A stretch of 64,000 nt of DNA from Longimicrobiales bacterium (GCA_965219445.1 CBDCNQ010000002.1:480001-544000); one strand, 5' to 3'. Positions 20,132-30,206 are shown, counted from the stretch's first letter. The notes: generated from the letters alone by a model not told the origin. A program made the numbers and translations.

Positions 20132-21333
20132 CGATCGATCTCCCCGAGCACGATGTCCAGCGAGGCGTTGATCATGATGAGATCGGAGACCAAGTGCCCT
20201 TCGGCCAGCTTGGCGATCACCGAAAGATTCACGAACGAAGGGGGACGAATTCTCCACCGCACCGGCTTCTCGCCTCCGTCACTCACGACGTACATCCCGA
20301 GCTCCCCCTTCGAGCCCTCCACCGCGAAGTAACAGTCACCGGCCGGAACCGCGATGCCCTCCGTGATCAACTTGAAGTGATGGATCATCGACTCCATGTC
20401 GTTCATGCAATCGGTCTTGCTCGGCAAGGAAACACGAGGATCCGCTACGTTGATCGGCCCATCCGGAAGGCGGTCGAGCGCCTGCTCGAGGATGCGCAAG
20501 CTTTGGCGCATCTCCTCCATACGCACCAAATATCGGTCGTAGCAGTCTCCGTTTTCCCCGATCGGGACGTCGAAATCGTACGTCTCGTAGTCGTAATAGG
20601 GATTGTCCTTGCGCAGATCGTAGTCCACGCCGGAGGCTCTGAGGTTCGGGCCCGTGAACCCGTGGTTGATCGCGTCCTCACCGGAGATCACTCCGATGTC
20701 GAGTGTGCGTCCGAGATGGATTCCGTTCGTGGTCAGAAGTGAATCGATCTCGTCCAGTGTTTTCGGGAAAGTCTTCACGAAGTCGCGGAGCGAGTCGGTC
20801 CAGCCGTCAGGGAAATCCGCCATCATTCCGCCGACCCTGGTGGCCGACGTGGTGATGCGTGCTCCCGTGTAGTCCTCATGGAGTTTGTAGATGCGCTCCC
20901 GTTCCTGAAACGCGTACAGGAAGGGCGTGAAAGCCCCCACGTCGATGGCGGTCGTCCCGAGCCAGAGCAGGTGGCTGAAGATCCGGTTCATTTCCATGCA
21001 GAGCACACGGGCGACCTTGCATCGCTCCGTCACCTCGAGGCCCATGAGTTTCTCGACCGCCATGACGTAAACGCAGTTGTACATCAGCGGCGCCAAGTAG
21101 TCCATGCGGTCCGTGAGCGGAACGATCTGATTCCAGGTCCGGTACTCGCCGAGCTTCTCGAAGGAAGAATGGAGGAAGCCGATATCGGGCGTCACCTTGA
21201 GCACGGTCTCGCCATCAAGTTCACAAATTAGCCGCAGAACGCCATGGGTGGCGGGGTGTTGCGGCCCGATGTTGATAAGCATGGGCTCCGAACGAGCGCC
21301 CGCCTCCGGAAGCTCCAGGATCTTCTCCGTCAA
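20128..21333 (-). CDS. nuoD: NADH-quinone oxidoreductase subunit D
   Basis: NIGPQHPATHGVLRL, DRMDY, GEIDR C-terminus. Confidence 0.96.
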   Translation of the reverse strand: MTEKILELPEAGARSEPMLINIGPQHPATHGVLRLICELDGETVLKVTPDIGFLHSSFEKLGEYRTWNQIVPLTDRMDYLAPLMYNCVYVMAVEKLMGLEVTERCKVARVLCMEMNRIFSHLLWLGTTAIDVGAFTPFLYAFQERERIYKLHEDYTGARITTSATRVGGMMADFPDGWTDSLRDFVKTFPKTLDEIDSLLTTNGIHLGRTLDIGVISGEDAINHGFTGPNLRASGVDYDLRKDNPYYDYETYDFDVPIGENGDCYDRYLVRMEEMRQSLRILEQALDRLPDGPINVADPRVSLPSKTDCMNDMESMIHHFKLITEGIAVPAGDCYFAVEGSKGELGMYVVSDGGEKPVRWRIRPPSFVNLSVIAKLAEGHLVSDLIMINASLDIVLGEIDR

Positions 21334-22031
21334 GGCGCGTCCTCGGCCGGGTCCGTTGAGCGGTCAGGCTCAGGAGGCACCAGCCCGGGGACGCCACCCA
21401 CCTCCAACTCTTCCGGCGTATAGTCGTCGTGATAATCCTGAGACAGTGCACGCCTCGTCTGCTCCGCCCTCGAAAAGCGCCCCCGCAAAGGGAAGTCCTT
21501 CCTGAGGGGATGGCCTTCCGCGTAGTTCTGCGGCATCAAAATCCGGCGAAGATCCGGGTGGTCCCTGAACTCCACACCAAACAGGTCGTAGACCTCCCGC
21601 TCGAGCCAATTCGCGGCCTTCCAAAGCTGGACCACGCTGTCGATGGAGAGCCCGTCGAGGGGCAGCTCACATTTGACTCGCAGCGCCCGCTTGTGGGCCA
21701 CGGACCACAACTGATACACGATCTGTAGCGGCCTTCCGCCCCCGTAATCGATGGCTGTCACGTCGACAAGGAGATCATAGTGCTGCTCAGGATCATCCTT
21801 TAGCCACTCCAACACCGCTCGGTTACTGTCAGCATCTACAAACACGACGTGCTGATCGCCCGCCTGCACTTCATGGCGGAGTACGGTCGAGCCGAATCGG
21901 CCTTGAAGCCCCGTCACCGACGGGTGTTCCGCTGGGTCGCCACCGCCACCGCGAGGCGCGTCCGTGCGGCGGTCTGAGACCTCCGGGCCCTGCTCGACCG
22001 AGTCGAACGCGGATCCACTCTCGTCCACCAT
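21330..22031 (-). CDS. nuoC: NADH-quinone oxidoreductase subunit C
   Basis: WLEREVYDLFG..F..HPDLRRILM...GHPLRKDFP; ATG 22031 follows the nuoB stop. Confidence 0.92.
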   Translation of the reverse strand: MVDESGSAFDSVEQGPEVSDRRTDAPRGGGGDPAEHPSVTGLQGRFGSTVLRHEVQAGDQHVVFVDADSNRAVLEWLKDDPEQHYDLLVDVTAIDYGGGRPLQIVYQLWSVAHKRALRVKCELPLDGLSIDSVVQLWKAANWLEREVYDLFGVEFRDHPDLRRILMPQNYAEGHPLRKDFPLRGRFSRAEQTRRALSQDYHDDYTPEELEVGGVPGLVPPEPDRSTDPAEDAP

Positions 22032-22033
22032 GC

Positions 22034-22747
22034 CTAGGGGAGCAAGTCCTCGGAGCGCTCCGGGCGCGTGGTCTGAGCGGGGGAACTGAGTTGCTCCTGC
22101 TGGGTCGAGTTTCCGAACGGGCCCGCCAGCGCCGCGACCTCTTCGTCGTCGGCATGGGGGCGCCCCACGAGGGCCGGATTTTCCGCCCTGAGGCCGTAGT
22201 GCTCCGACAGGCTCTCGTGGCGAATCTTCTCTTGGATCATCATCAAACCGTAGATGAGACCCTCGGGACGCGGCGGGCAGCCGGGAACGTAGACGTCGAC
22301 GGGGATGATGGTGTCGATCCCCTGGACCATGGAATATGTGTCGAACACGCCTCCCGAACTCGCACACGCACCCATCGAGATACACCACTTTGGCTGCATC
22401 ATCTGGTCCCAGATCCGCCGCAAGACCGGCGCGAGCTTGTAGGGAACCCGACCAGCACAAATCAGCACGTCGGCCTGACGGGGACTGAACGACATACGCT
22501 CCATTCCGAAGCGAGCCAGATCGAAGTTCGAAGCGGCCGAAGCCATCATCTCGATGGCGCAGCAAGCCGTACCGAAGGGCATGGGCCAGAGTGAATTTCG
22601 TCGAGCCCAGTTGACGACGAAATCCACCTTCGTGGTGAGGAATGTGGGGCTTCCGAAGCCGAGAAGTCCGCCCTGTCGCCCTTCCGCCTGGCCCAACGCC
22701 TCAACCTCCGTGACGCTCAGTGGATCTCCGCTCCCACTGTCTCTCAT
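22034..22747 (-). CDS. nuoB: NADH-quinone oxidoreductase subunit B
   Basis: [34 protein letters not shown]; start at 22747 (ATGA overlap) or 22753. Confidence 0.94.
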   Translation of the reverse strand: MRDSGSGDPLSVTEVEALGQAEGRQGGLLGFGSPTFLTTKVDFVVNWARRNSLWPMPFGTACCAIEMMASAASNFDLARFGMERMSFSPRQADVLICAGRVPYKLAPVLRRIWDQMMQPKWCISMGACASSGGVFDTYSMVQGIDTIIPVDVYVPGCPPRPEGLIYGLMMIQEKIRHESLSEHYGLRAENPALVGRPHADDEEVAALAGPFGNSTQQEQLSSPAQTTRPERSEDLLP

Positions 22748-23100
22748 TCCCATTCGAGACCCCCCTTCTTCCACTCGTAGACCAGCCCCAAGGCCAAAAC
22801 GGCGACGAAAAGACTTACCGCCACGAACGGACCCCACCCCAGCTCCCTCATTTCGACCGCCCACGGGATCAGGAAGATCGTCTCCAGATCGAAGACGATG
22901 AAACTGATCGCGACCATATAGAATTTCACCGAAAAACGAAGGCGTGCGTCCCCGAGCGGGATCATTCCGGACTCGTAGGGCATGGATTTTTGTGGGGTCG
23001 GCCGCCGGGGGCTCAGAATATGGGAGGCGATCCCCATTCCCAGCGCGTTTACGACGGATACGCCGAACAGGATCAGAAGCGGGATATATGATCCCGACAT
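22744..23100 (-). CDS. nuoA: NADH-quinone oxidoreductase subunit A
   Basis: [29 protein letters not shown]. Confidence 0.95.
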   Translation of the reverse strand: MSGSYIPLLILFGVSVVNALGMGIASHILSPRRPTPQKSMPYESGMIPLGDARLRFSVKFYMVAISFIVFDLETIFLIPWAVEMRELGWGPFVAVSLFVAVLALGLVYEWKKGGLEWE

Positions 23101-23119
23101 GGCGGCCTTTGGACGTGGC

Positions 23120-23137
23120 TTGTGAAATCGTTCACTT
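23120..23137. promoter_or_regulatory. Putative Rex operator
   Basis: TTGTGAA-ATCG-TTCACTT against the Rex consensus TTGTGAA-N4-TTCACAA (12/14), about 20 bp upstream of nuoA. Confidence 0.7.
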
Positions 23138-23149
23138 GTGTACCACCTT

Positions 23150-23179
23150 AAGGTATTCCAAGGCTCGAACGAGTGTCAA
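23150..23179 (-). promoter_or_regulatory. Putative sigma70 promoter of the nuo operon
   Basis: Minus strand TTGACA (23179-23174), 18-nt spacer, TACCTT (23155-23150). Confidence 0.6.
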
Positions 23180-23317
23180 CCCGATTTCAGTCCTACTTGG
23201 GGGGACCATCATATTGTCGGCGCCCGAGGGGTGCATCGCAGGGGGTGTGCGGGTCCCTCCCAAGCCCTTATTCTGCCCGTCGAAGAGACGGTTTTCCTAT
23301 CAACCTGACACCGAAAC

Positions 23318-23872
23318 ATGCCAATCAAGAGCGACCATTGGATCCGGCGGATGTCCGAAGAGCACGGCATGATCGAGCCCTTCGAGCCGAAACAGATAAA
23401 AGACGGCAACATCTCCTACGGCCTGTCTTCCTACGGCTACGACATCCGGGTGGCTGCCGAGTTCAAGGTCTTTACGAACGTCCACAATGTGATCGTCGAC
23501 CCCAAGAAGTTTGACGACCGTTCATTCGTGGACGTGACGGAGCCCGAATGCATCATTCCGCCGAATTCCTTTGCCTTGGCGAGAACCGAGGAATACTTCC
23601 GTATCCCGAGGAACGTCCTCGTCCTGTGCGTCGGGAAGAGCACGTACGCGCGATGTGGCATCATCGTGAACGTGACGCCCCTCGAGCCGACCTGGTGCGG
23701 ATACCTGACCCTCGAAATCTCGAATACGACGCCCCTTCCGGCGAAGATCTACGGAGGTGAGGGGATCGCTCAGCTGCTCTTCTTCGAGGGGGACCAGGAG
23801 CCGAGCGTGGCATATGCCGACCGACAGGGCAAGTACCAGGATCAGGTGGGTGTGACCCTTCCGAAATTATAG
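23318..23872 (+). CDS. dcd: dCTP deaminase
   Basis: [32 protein letters not shown]. Confidence 0.95.
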   Translation: MPIKSDHWIRRMSEEHGMIEPFEPKQIKDGNISYGLSSYGYDIRVAAEFKVFTNVHNVIVDPKKFDDRSFVDVTEPECIIPPNSFALARTEEYFRIPRNVLVLCVGKSTYARCGIIVNVTPLEPTWCGYLTLEISNTTPLPAKIYGGEGIAQLLFFEGDQEPSVAYADRQGKYQDQVGVTLPKL

Positions 23873-23877
23873 GTCCG

Positions 23878-24450
23878 ATGATCGACTCTCCACCATCACT
23901 AGGTGGCTACTGCGTCGTGGCCCAGGATCACCCCCTCCATGGCCCGTACCACGATGAGGAATACGGTTTTCCGCTTACCGACGACAATCGCCTCTTCGAG
24001 CGGCTCCTTCTCGAGATCAACCAGGCAGGCTTGTCGTGGCTGACGATCTTGAAGAAGAGGGAGGGTTTCCGGAGCGCCTACAACGACTTCGACGTTCGGA
24101 TCGTGGCCGACTACGGTGCCGCCGACCGGGCGCGCCTCATGGGAGACGCGAGAATCGTTCGAAATCGTCTGAAGATCGAAGCCGCCATCCACAACGCCGG
24201 CGTGTTCTCGAGCCTCCGTGAAACGTACGGCTCCGTCGCCGAGTGGCTGGCATCACACCATCCCAAGTCGAAAGAGGATTGGGTGCGGCTCTTCAAAAAG
24301 ACCTTTCGCTTCACGGGTGGCGAGATCACGGGTGAGTTCCTCATGAGCATCGGATACCTTCCGGGATCCCACGACCCGGCGTGCCCAATATACGATCGAA
24401 TTCTACGACTGAACCCTCCGTGGGCCCAAGTGACGTCCGGGGCATCATGA
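23878..24450 (+). CDS. tag: DNA-3-methyladenine glycosylase I
   Basis: YHDEEYG, LEINQAGLSW.TILKKR, IVRNRLKI, H...C. Confidence 0.92.
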   Translation: MIDSPPSLGGYCVVAQDHPLHGPYHDEEYGFPLTDDNRLFERLLLEINQAGLSWLTILKKREGFRSAYNDFDVRIVADYGAADRARLMGDARIVRNRLKIEAAIHNAGVFSSLRETYGSVAEWLASHHPKSKEDWVRLFKKTFRFTGGEITGEFLMSIGYLPGSHDPACPIYDRILRLNPPWAQVTSGAS

Positions 24451-25538
24451 CCGAGGCAGTACCCGAGGGCCACGGGGAGGAGCATATCTGGACCGCCCGG
24501 CATTACTCACCTCCGTGGTGGTTGTCGAGCCCCCACGTTCAAACGCTGGCCGGGAAATTTCTCAGGGCGGCGCCGCGCAGGATGCTCACCGCCGAACGGA
24601 TCGAGACGCCGGACGGAGACTTCTTGGACATCGACTGGATGCCCGAAACCGATCCCTCGGCGCCCCTCGTGCTCGTGCTACACGGGCTGGAAGGCCACAC
24701 CAAGAGGGGGTACATGGTCCAGGCGTTCCTGGCGCTGGCGGACCGCGGAATGCGTGCCGTGGGACTGAACTTCCGTGGCTGTTCCGGAGAGGCGAACCGG
24801 ACCCCCCGCTTCTACCATTCTGGTGAGACCGAGGATGTCGGCTTCGTCCTCGATTTTCTGCGCGAGCGGTTGCCGGCCCGCCCGCTCATGGCACTCGGCT
24901 TTTCTCTCGGAGGAAATGTCCTCCTGAAATACCTCGGGGAGCAGGGAACGAAGAACGCCGCGCCGCTTTCAGCGGCTGTGGCAATCTCGGTTCCGTACGA
25001 CTTGTCGGCTGGAGCAGATGCTCTCGAGCGGGGCGGCATGGCCAAAATCTATGTCGACTACTTCCTCCGCTCTCTTTTGGCCAAGGTCCGCGCCAAGAGA
25101 GAAATCCTGGCGAACATCCTCGACCTCGACGCCGTGTGGGCTAGCACGACGCTACGCGAGTTCGACGACACTGCCACTGCCAAGCTTCATGGATTCACGG
25201 ACGCCGAGGATTACTATCAGAAATCCAGCTCGAACTGCTTCATCCCGTCGATCCGGGTCCCCACGCTGCTCCTTCACTCTCGGGACGATCCCTTTCTGCC
25301 TGCGGCGGCGCTTCCCCGGACTGCGATCGAGGCAAACCCATTTTTGACGCTGACCCTTACCGAGGGCGGCGGCCATGTAGGCTTCTTCGAGGGTGGACCG
25401 CCCTGGCATCCAGCCTTCTGGGCGGAGGAGCAAAGTGCGTCATTCCTAGCCCACCATCATCACAGGTCCTCGGTGATGACGGGTAACGGGAACCCCCGTG
25501 CGCCGGAATGGGTTGACCCGAACCCCGAGACTATCTAG
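24447..25538 (+). CDS. YheT-family alpha/beta hydrolase
   Basis: HVQT, HGLEG, GFSLGGN, DDPF, GGHVGF; ATG 24447 overlaps the tag stop. Confidence 0.88.
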   Translation: MTEAVPEGHGEEHIWTARHYSPPWWLSSPHVQTLAGKFLRAAPRRMLTAERIETPDGDFLDIDWMPETDPSAPLVLVLHGLEGHTKRGYMVQAFLALADRGMRAVGLNFRGCSGEANRTPRFYHSGETEDVGFVLDFLRERLPARPLMALGFSLGGNVLLKYLGEQGTKNAAPLSAAVAISVPYDLSAGADALERGGMAKIYVDYFLRSLLAKVRAKREILANILDLDAVWASTTLREFDDTATAKLHGFTDAEDYYQKSSSNCFIPSIRVPTLLLHSRDDPFLPAAALPRTAIEANPFLTLTLTEGGGHVGFFEGGPPWHPAFWAEEQSASFLAHHHHRSSVMTGNGNPRAPEWVDPNPETI

Positions 25539-25617
25539 TGTGGCGAAGTCCGAAAGGATTGAGTGGGGTGCTGGCAAAACGTGAGCACCGAGCAACGATG
25601 GATGAGGGAGAAGTGGC

Positions 25618-25824
25618 ATGGCCGAGGGAACGGTAAAGTGGTTCAATGACAGCAAGGGTTTTGGATTCATCACGCCGGACGAGGGCGAGAAGGATTGCTT
25701 CGTGCATTATTCGGCAATCCAAGGAGACGGTTTTAAGAGCCTCGCCGAGGGGGACCGAGTACAGTTTGAGATCGGTGAGGGACCGAAGGGACCTGCTGCA
25801 GAGAACGTGACCCGACTCGGATAA
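25618..25824 (+). CDS. Cold-shock protein (CspA family)
   Basis: [22 protein letters not shown]. Confidence 0.96.
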   Translation: MAEGTVKWFNDSKGFGFITPDEGEKDCFVHYSAIQGDGFKSLAEGDRVQFEIGEGPKGPAAENVTRLG

Positions 25825-25890
25825 GACCGCACGTCGGGCCTCCGGTCCAACGTGGCACCCTACTAGCAGTCACCCCAGCGCAGGGCTTCC

Positions 25891-26409
25891 TTAGGCGGGC
25901 TCGTGCTGCCCTGATTGCTCGAAGAACACCCTCTGGTGCCAGCTCGCCCGGGCCGGACCCTCCCACCGCCCCGAGCGCGCATCTTTCAGGCTGGTGACGG
26001 TATTATCGAACACGACGGTGTCCGGACCCACCGCACCCTCCTCCGCCAGTCGGCTGAAGTCCGACCGGGAAATCCGCCTCACCTCGCCGTCCTCCACGAA
26101 CCAAACCGGCGTGTTGTCGAGGACCCGCGTACCCAATCGCCGCTCCTGGTCTTTCAGCACACCGACCATGGCGTCGATGGAGCACCCTGAGGGAGGTAAG
26201 GAAGCATCATCGACGGCAACAAGGAGAAACCGTCCCCATCTCCAATCGCGACCGCACGTCAGTGGAACCCCGTGCGCCGCCCATGTCTCGAGAAAGAGGT
26301 CCACGGCACTCAAGAAGCTCTCCTGCTCGGCGTCCGCGAGGGAGCGCTCGACCCCGAACACCCAAAGGCGTGATTTGTCTGGTAACGTCTCGAATGGAAC
26401 CACTGGCAT
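25891..26409 (-). CDS. Conserved hypothetical protein (WAAHG / SGCSID motifs)
   Basis: 172-aa ORF with protein-like composition; its start overlaps the stop of the upstream transporter. Confidence 0.75.
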   Translation of the reverse strand: MPVVPFETLPDKSRLWVFGVERSLADAEQESFLSAVDLFLETWAAHGVPLTCGRDWRWGRFLLVAVDDASLPPSGCSIDAMVGVLKDQERRLGTRVLDNTPVWFVEDGEVRRISRSDFSRLAEEGAVGPDTVVFDNTVTSLKDARSGRWEGPARASWHQRVFFEQSGQHEPA

Positions 26410-27608
26410 CAGGCCACCTCCTCTTCGCCCTCGGCGGTGTCAGCACGGTCAGCACGCTCCTCGGTGACTTCAGGGGCGTCCAAGTTGCCGGCGGTCGCGG
26501 CCTCCGAAGGACTCGGAATCGCAAAGCCCGGCGCCATCTGTGGGGGCGCCTTATCCAAGAGAATAGCCACCCACCGCAGATCTTCAGTGTTCTCCAACAT
26601 GATCTTGACAACCATCGTGAGGGGAACCGCGAGCAGGGCTCCCACCGGGCCCCACACCCAAGCCCAGAATAGCAACGACAGGATCACCACCAACGTCGAC
26701 AGCCCAAGCCTCCTGCCCATCAGGTTGGGCTCGACGATATTCCCGAACACCGTGTTGATCGCTCCGTATCCGACGATCACCAGTATGAAATTGCCGAGCG
26801 AGCCGAACTGAACGACGCTGAGAAGCAGGGCCGGAACGGCAGCCAGAATGGACCCTACGGTGGGAATGTAGTTCATGACGAAACCGATGAGCCCGAGTAG
26901 GATTGGAAAGTCCAGGCCCGCGAACCACGCCAGCACGCCGATCAGCAAGCCAGTGGTCAGGCTCGTCAGCGTCTTGATGCCGAGATACTCCTGGACCTCC
27001 CGGACGATCTTGGTCATACGTCTACGGTCGTTCGGCACCATCTTGGTGACCCGCCGCCGCTCGCTCTCCCGACGCCCCACGATCGCACGGAACTTGAAGG
27101 GGAAGACCATCGCCTCACTCAGAACGAAGGCCATGATCAGCAGAACCAGGAACGTGTTGGTCAAGAAGCCCGCCACCCGCGCAGCGGTACTAGCGAAAAA
27201 ATCGACCGCGGCACCCGGATCGATCAATTCGAAGGTCAGATATTGGTCAAGCTGGATCCCGATCTGCGCACTCAATCCGGCCACCCATGATGCGTAAAGC
27301 GCCTCTACGCGTGCTCGATACCCGGGGAGCTGGTCTTGGAAATCGGCAACGGCCTGCGTACCCAGCATGATGAGGGCCCCGAATACGACGCCGATCATGA
27401 GCATCGTGAGTACGATGGCCAGGGGTGCCGGCACACGCCGGAGCTGGAGCCAGAACATGAGCGGCATACTCATCACGGCCAGGAACAGCGCCAAAACGAA
27501 GGGCAGAAGAATGCTCGCACCCTCGCGTAAGCCCGCGACGACAATGACGAAAGACGCCCCCATGAGAAGGAAGCGGGCTCCAGGGGTGTTGGTTGAGATC
27601 GGAATCAT
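26409..27608 (-). CDS. AI-2E (PerM/TqsA) family transporter
   Basis: Multiple TM helices; YLGIKT, NYIPTVGS, NIVEP.LMG..LGLS, WG..GALLAVPLT. Confidence 0.9.
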   Translation of the reverse strand: MIPISTNTPGARFLLMGASFVIVVAGLREGASILLPFVLALFLAVMSMPLMFWLQLRRVPAPLAIVLTMLMIGVVFGALIMLGTQAVADFQDQLPGYRARVEALYASWVAGLSAQIGIQLDQYLTFELIDPGAAVDFFASTAARVAGFLTNTFLVLLIMAFVLSEAMVFPFKFRAIVGRRESERRRVTKMVPNDRRRMTKIVREVQEYLGIKTLTSLTTGLLIGVLAWFAGLDFPILLGLIGFVMNYIPTVGSILAAVPALLLSVVQFGSLGNFILVIVGYGAINTVFGNIVEPNLMGRRLGLSTLVVILSLLFWAWVWGPVGALLAVPLTMVVKIMLENTEDLRWVAILLDKAPPQMAPGFAIPSPSEAATAGNLDAPEVTEERADRADTAEGEEEVA

Positions 27609-27721
27609 CTAGCGTGTCGAATCTCCCAGGGTCGTGATCGCGATCACGTCCCGGCCGAATCTTGTGGACCGCACTGGCATGGACCTTACACAGCAAGGCT
27701 CGTACCAGCGGTAACTGTCTG

Positions 27722-28096
27722 ATGCCTGAACACCGATCCGATTCCGGGGTTCCGATTCCCCACTCCGACAGGGAACTGCTCGACCAGTGCCGTGTGGACG
27801 TGTTCCGCTCCGGGGGCAAGGGAGGACAACATCAAAATGTCACGGAGAGCGGCGTCCGTCTTACGCATCTTCCCACCGGGACCGTCGTCATCGGTCGCCG
27901 TTTCCGTAGCCAGCAGGCCAACAAGCGGCGGGCTCTGGTCACGCTTAGAGAGAGGCTCACGGCCCTGAACACGCCCGAGAAACGGCGAATCCCCACTCGC
28001 CCCACCCGCAGTGCCCGGGAGCGGCGGTTATCATTGAAACGACGCCGGTCTTACAAGAAGATTTTCCGCCGAAAACCGAGGGTGGACGACGATTAG
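27722..28096 (+). CDS. arfB: Peptidyl-tRNA hydrolase ArfB-like ribosome rescue factor
   Basis: RSGGKGGQHQN (GGQ motif), basic tail RIPTRPTRSARERRL..K. Confidence 0.85.
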   Translation: MPEHRSDSGVPIPHSDRELLDQCRVDVFRSGGKGGQHQNVTESGVRLTHLPTGTVVIGRRFRSQQANKRRALVTLRERLTALNTPEKRRIPTRPTRSARERRLSLKRRRSYKKIFRRKPRVDDD

Positions 28097-28171
28097 GCAC
28101 TCGCCTTATCATTAATGGTTGTTGTTCGTTCCGCCCTAGGTTGGTTTGATCCCCGCTTCGAGAGGCTCTAA

Positions 28172-29305
28172 TTGAAGGAGAAAATCCGCGCGCTGCTGAT
28201 CGATGATGATCAGGGTGATTTTGTCTTCACGAAGGGGCTTCTGAGTCAAATCACGCACCCCATCATCGAATTGGATTGGGTCCCCACCTTCGAGGAAGGG
28301 CACGATGCCATCGCCGAGGGAGGGTACGACGTCTACCTCGTCGATTATTTCCTCGAAGACCGTACCGGCCTCGACCTACTCCGCGAGGCCGCACGATACC
28401 AACTCGAGGCGCCGGTGATCATGCTCACCGGCCGCGGCAGTCGTGACGTGGACCTCGAGGCGATGCAAACGGGTGCCGCCGACTATCTCGTCAAGGGCCA
28501 GATCGAACCCGAGGACCTCGAGCGCTCCATACGATATGCGCTTGATCGAATGGAGGCCCAACGCGCGCTCAGAGTGAGCGAAGAGCGCCACAGAGGGATG
28601 TTCGACCACCTCCCAATGGGTGTTTACCGGTGCTCGCCAGAGGGTGAATTTTTGGATGCGAACCCAGCCCTCGTGAGGATCCTCGGTTACCCCGACCCGG
28701 CCAGCCTCGCGAGCCTATACGCGTCCACACTTTACGTCGGCGCCGAGGACGAAGAGGCCTTCAAGGAACGGCTGCGTGAATTCGGGGTCGTCCGGGGCTT
28801 CGAGACGCAGGTGCGTGGCGTGGATGGCCGGGACATCCGGCTTCGCAATACGGCGCGCATTCATCGGGACGTGGATGGGGAGGTCGGCTACGTCGAGGGC
28901 GTTGTCGAGGATGTCTCGCGTACGTGGCGCTCGCCTGGGATCCACCGGGAGGCCGCACGATATCAGGCATTGTACGAGTGCGGCCACATGGGCATCCTCA
29001 CGGTGGACGACTCGGGAGAGATTCAGGATGGCAACCCCGCCTTCCGTGCGCTCTCGGGTTATGAGGAGGAGGACCTTTCCTCGGTGCCATATGAGGCACT
29101 TTTTGAGGAGGCGGACCGAGCTGAGGCGTTGGAGAAGATACGGCAACTCTTGGCGGGCGGCTCTGCGATTCGGGAAGACCTCCGTAAGCTTCTCATGAAG
29201 GATGGATCGATCCGCACTGTGAGTGCCCTGTCCATCCTGATCGAGAACGGGGAGCGCGAGCCGAACCAAATCCTCGTTGTGCTGGAGGCGACGCCGACGC
29301 CCTGA
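28172..29305 (+). CDS. Receiver domain plus two PAS domains, no output domain
   Basis: LLIDDD, LVDY, MLTG, DYLVK; PAS motifs DANPALVRILGY and GNPAFRALSGY. Confidence 0.85.
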   Translation: MKEKIRALLIDDDQGDFVFTKGLLSQITHPIIELDWVPTFEEGHDAIAEGGYDVYLVDYFLEDRTGLDLLREAARYQLEAPVIMLTGRGSRDVDLEAMQTGAADYLVKGQIEPEDLERSIRYALDRMEAQRALRVSEERHRGMFDHLPMGVYRCSPEGEFLDANPALVRILGYPDPASLASLYASTLYVGAEDEEAFKERLREFGVVRGFETQVRGVDGRDIRLRNTARIHRDVDGEVGYVEGVVEDVSRTWRSPGIHREAARYQALYECGHMGILTVDDSGEIQDGNPAFRALSGYEEEDLSSVPYEALFEEADRAEALEKIRQLLAGGSAIREDLRKLLMKDGSIRTVSALSILIENGEREPNQILVVLEATPTP

Positions 29306-29332
29306 AGGCTCCGCTGGGATCCGTCTCGAACG

Positions 29333-30139
29333 TTAAGCTGTGTGTCCCTCGGTCTGATCCGGGCCGTTGGCCGTCGAATCCTCCTTGGCCAGTACGTCTT
29401 CCGCCCCTCCCTCCCCCTCGCTGGCATCCTCGCCATTCCCCTTCTTCGCCCCGGGGGTCCCTGAATCCCCTGCTTCCCCAGAGCCAGTCACGCCATCACC
29501 ACCGCCGCTTTCGGGCTCGACGATCTTGCGAACGTTCGATCCCAAAGCGTGACTCAAACAGAGCTCGGTCCAGTCCCCCGGATCACCCTCGTCTTGAGGC
29601 GTGTCGCCCGCCTCGATCCCGACTCTCACCTCAGCCGCAGCGTCCGCAAGGTCGAGCGCGTCCAGCGCATCTGCCGCGGCACCCCGGAACTCCACGTCCG
29701 CAACCGCCCGAGCCATCATCTGGATCTGCTCCCCGGCGATGTCCTCACGTCCAGCCTTTAGTGCACTTGCCACATATTCGTTCAAGTGCACCACAACGGA
29801 GGCCATATGGTGAGAAGCCAGGTCGAGCCACGTCAGAGTGCAAAGTGTTCGCACCGCTTCGGGGTGGATGCGCACGATCTTCGTCGCGAGTCCACGGGCA
29901 GGCTCGGGCTGCCCGTCCTCGAGCATCGCGTCAATGGCGCGGCCGTAATAATGAAGAGCCCGTTGCCGGTTGCCCGCACGATCGCAAAGGTCACCCGCTC
30001 GGTTGAGCGGGACCCATCTGAGCCCCAAATCCGCCGTTTCGGCCTGTGCCTCGAGATCAGCCAGAACCGCCTCGGTAACAGGCGCACGCCGGTCCGAGGC
30101 GGGTTTCTTCGAGCGGAACAAGCCTGAAAGCGATTTCAT
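29333..30139 (-). CDS. Hypothetical helical (TPR-like) protein with acidic tail
   Basis: 268-aa ORF, LNRAGDLC...ALHYYGRAID. Confidence 0.65.
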   Translation of the reverse strand: MKSLSGLFRSKKPASDRRAPVTEAVLADLEAQAETADLGLRWVPLNRAGDLCDRAGNRQRALHYYGRAIDAMLEDGQPEPARGLATKIVRIHPEAVRTLCTLTWLDLASHHMASVVVHLNEYVASALKAGREDIAGEQIQMMARAVADVEFRGAAADALDALDLADAAAEVRVGIEAGDTPQDEGDPGDWTELCLSHALGSNVRKIVEPESGGGDGVTGSGEAGDSGTPGAKKGNGEDASEGEGGAEDVLAKEDSTANGPDQTEGHTA

Positions 30140-30206
30140 TGCGACCGTTGGACGTTTGCTAGAGATCTGGCTGCGTCCCTAAACTGCCCGTCTCGGCGCG
30201 CTGCCG

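Noticed and set aside
1863..22594. Many long plus-strand ORFs opposite suc and nuo genes (e.g. 1863-3113, 5439-6530, 14711-15823)
   Set aside because: Typical high-GC shadow frames opposite well-supported genes
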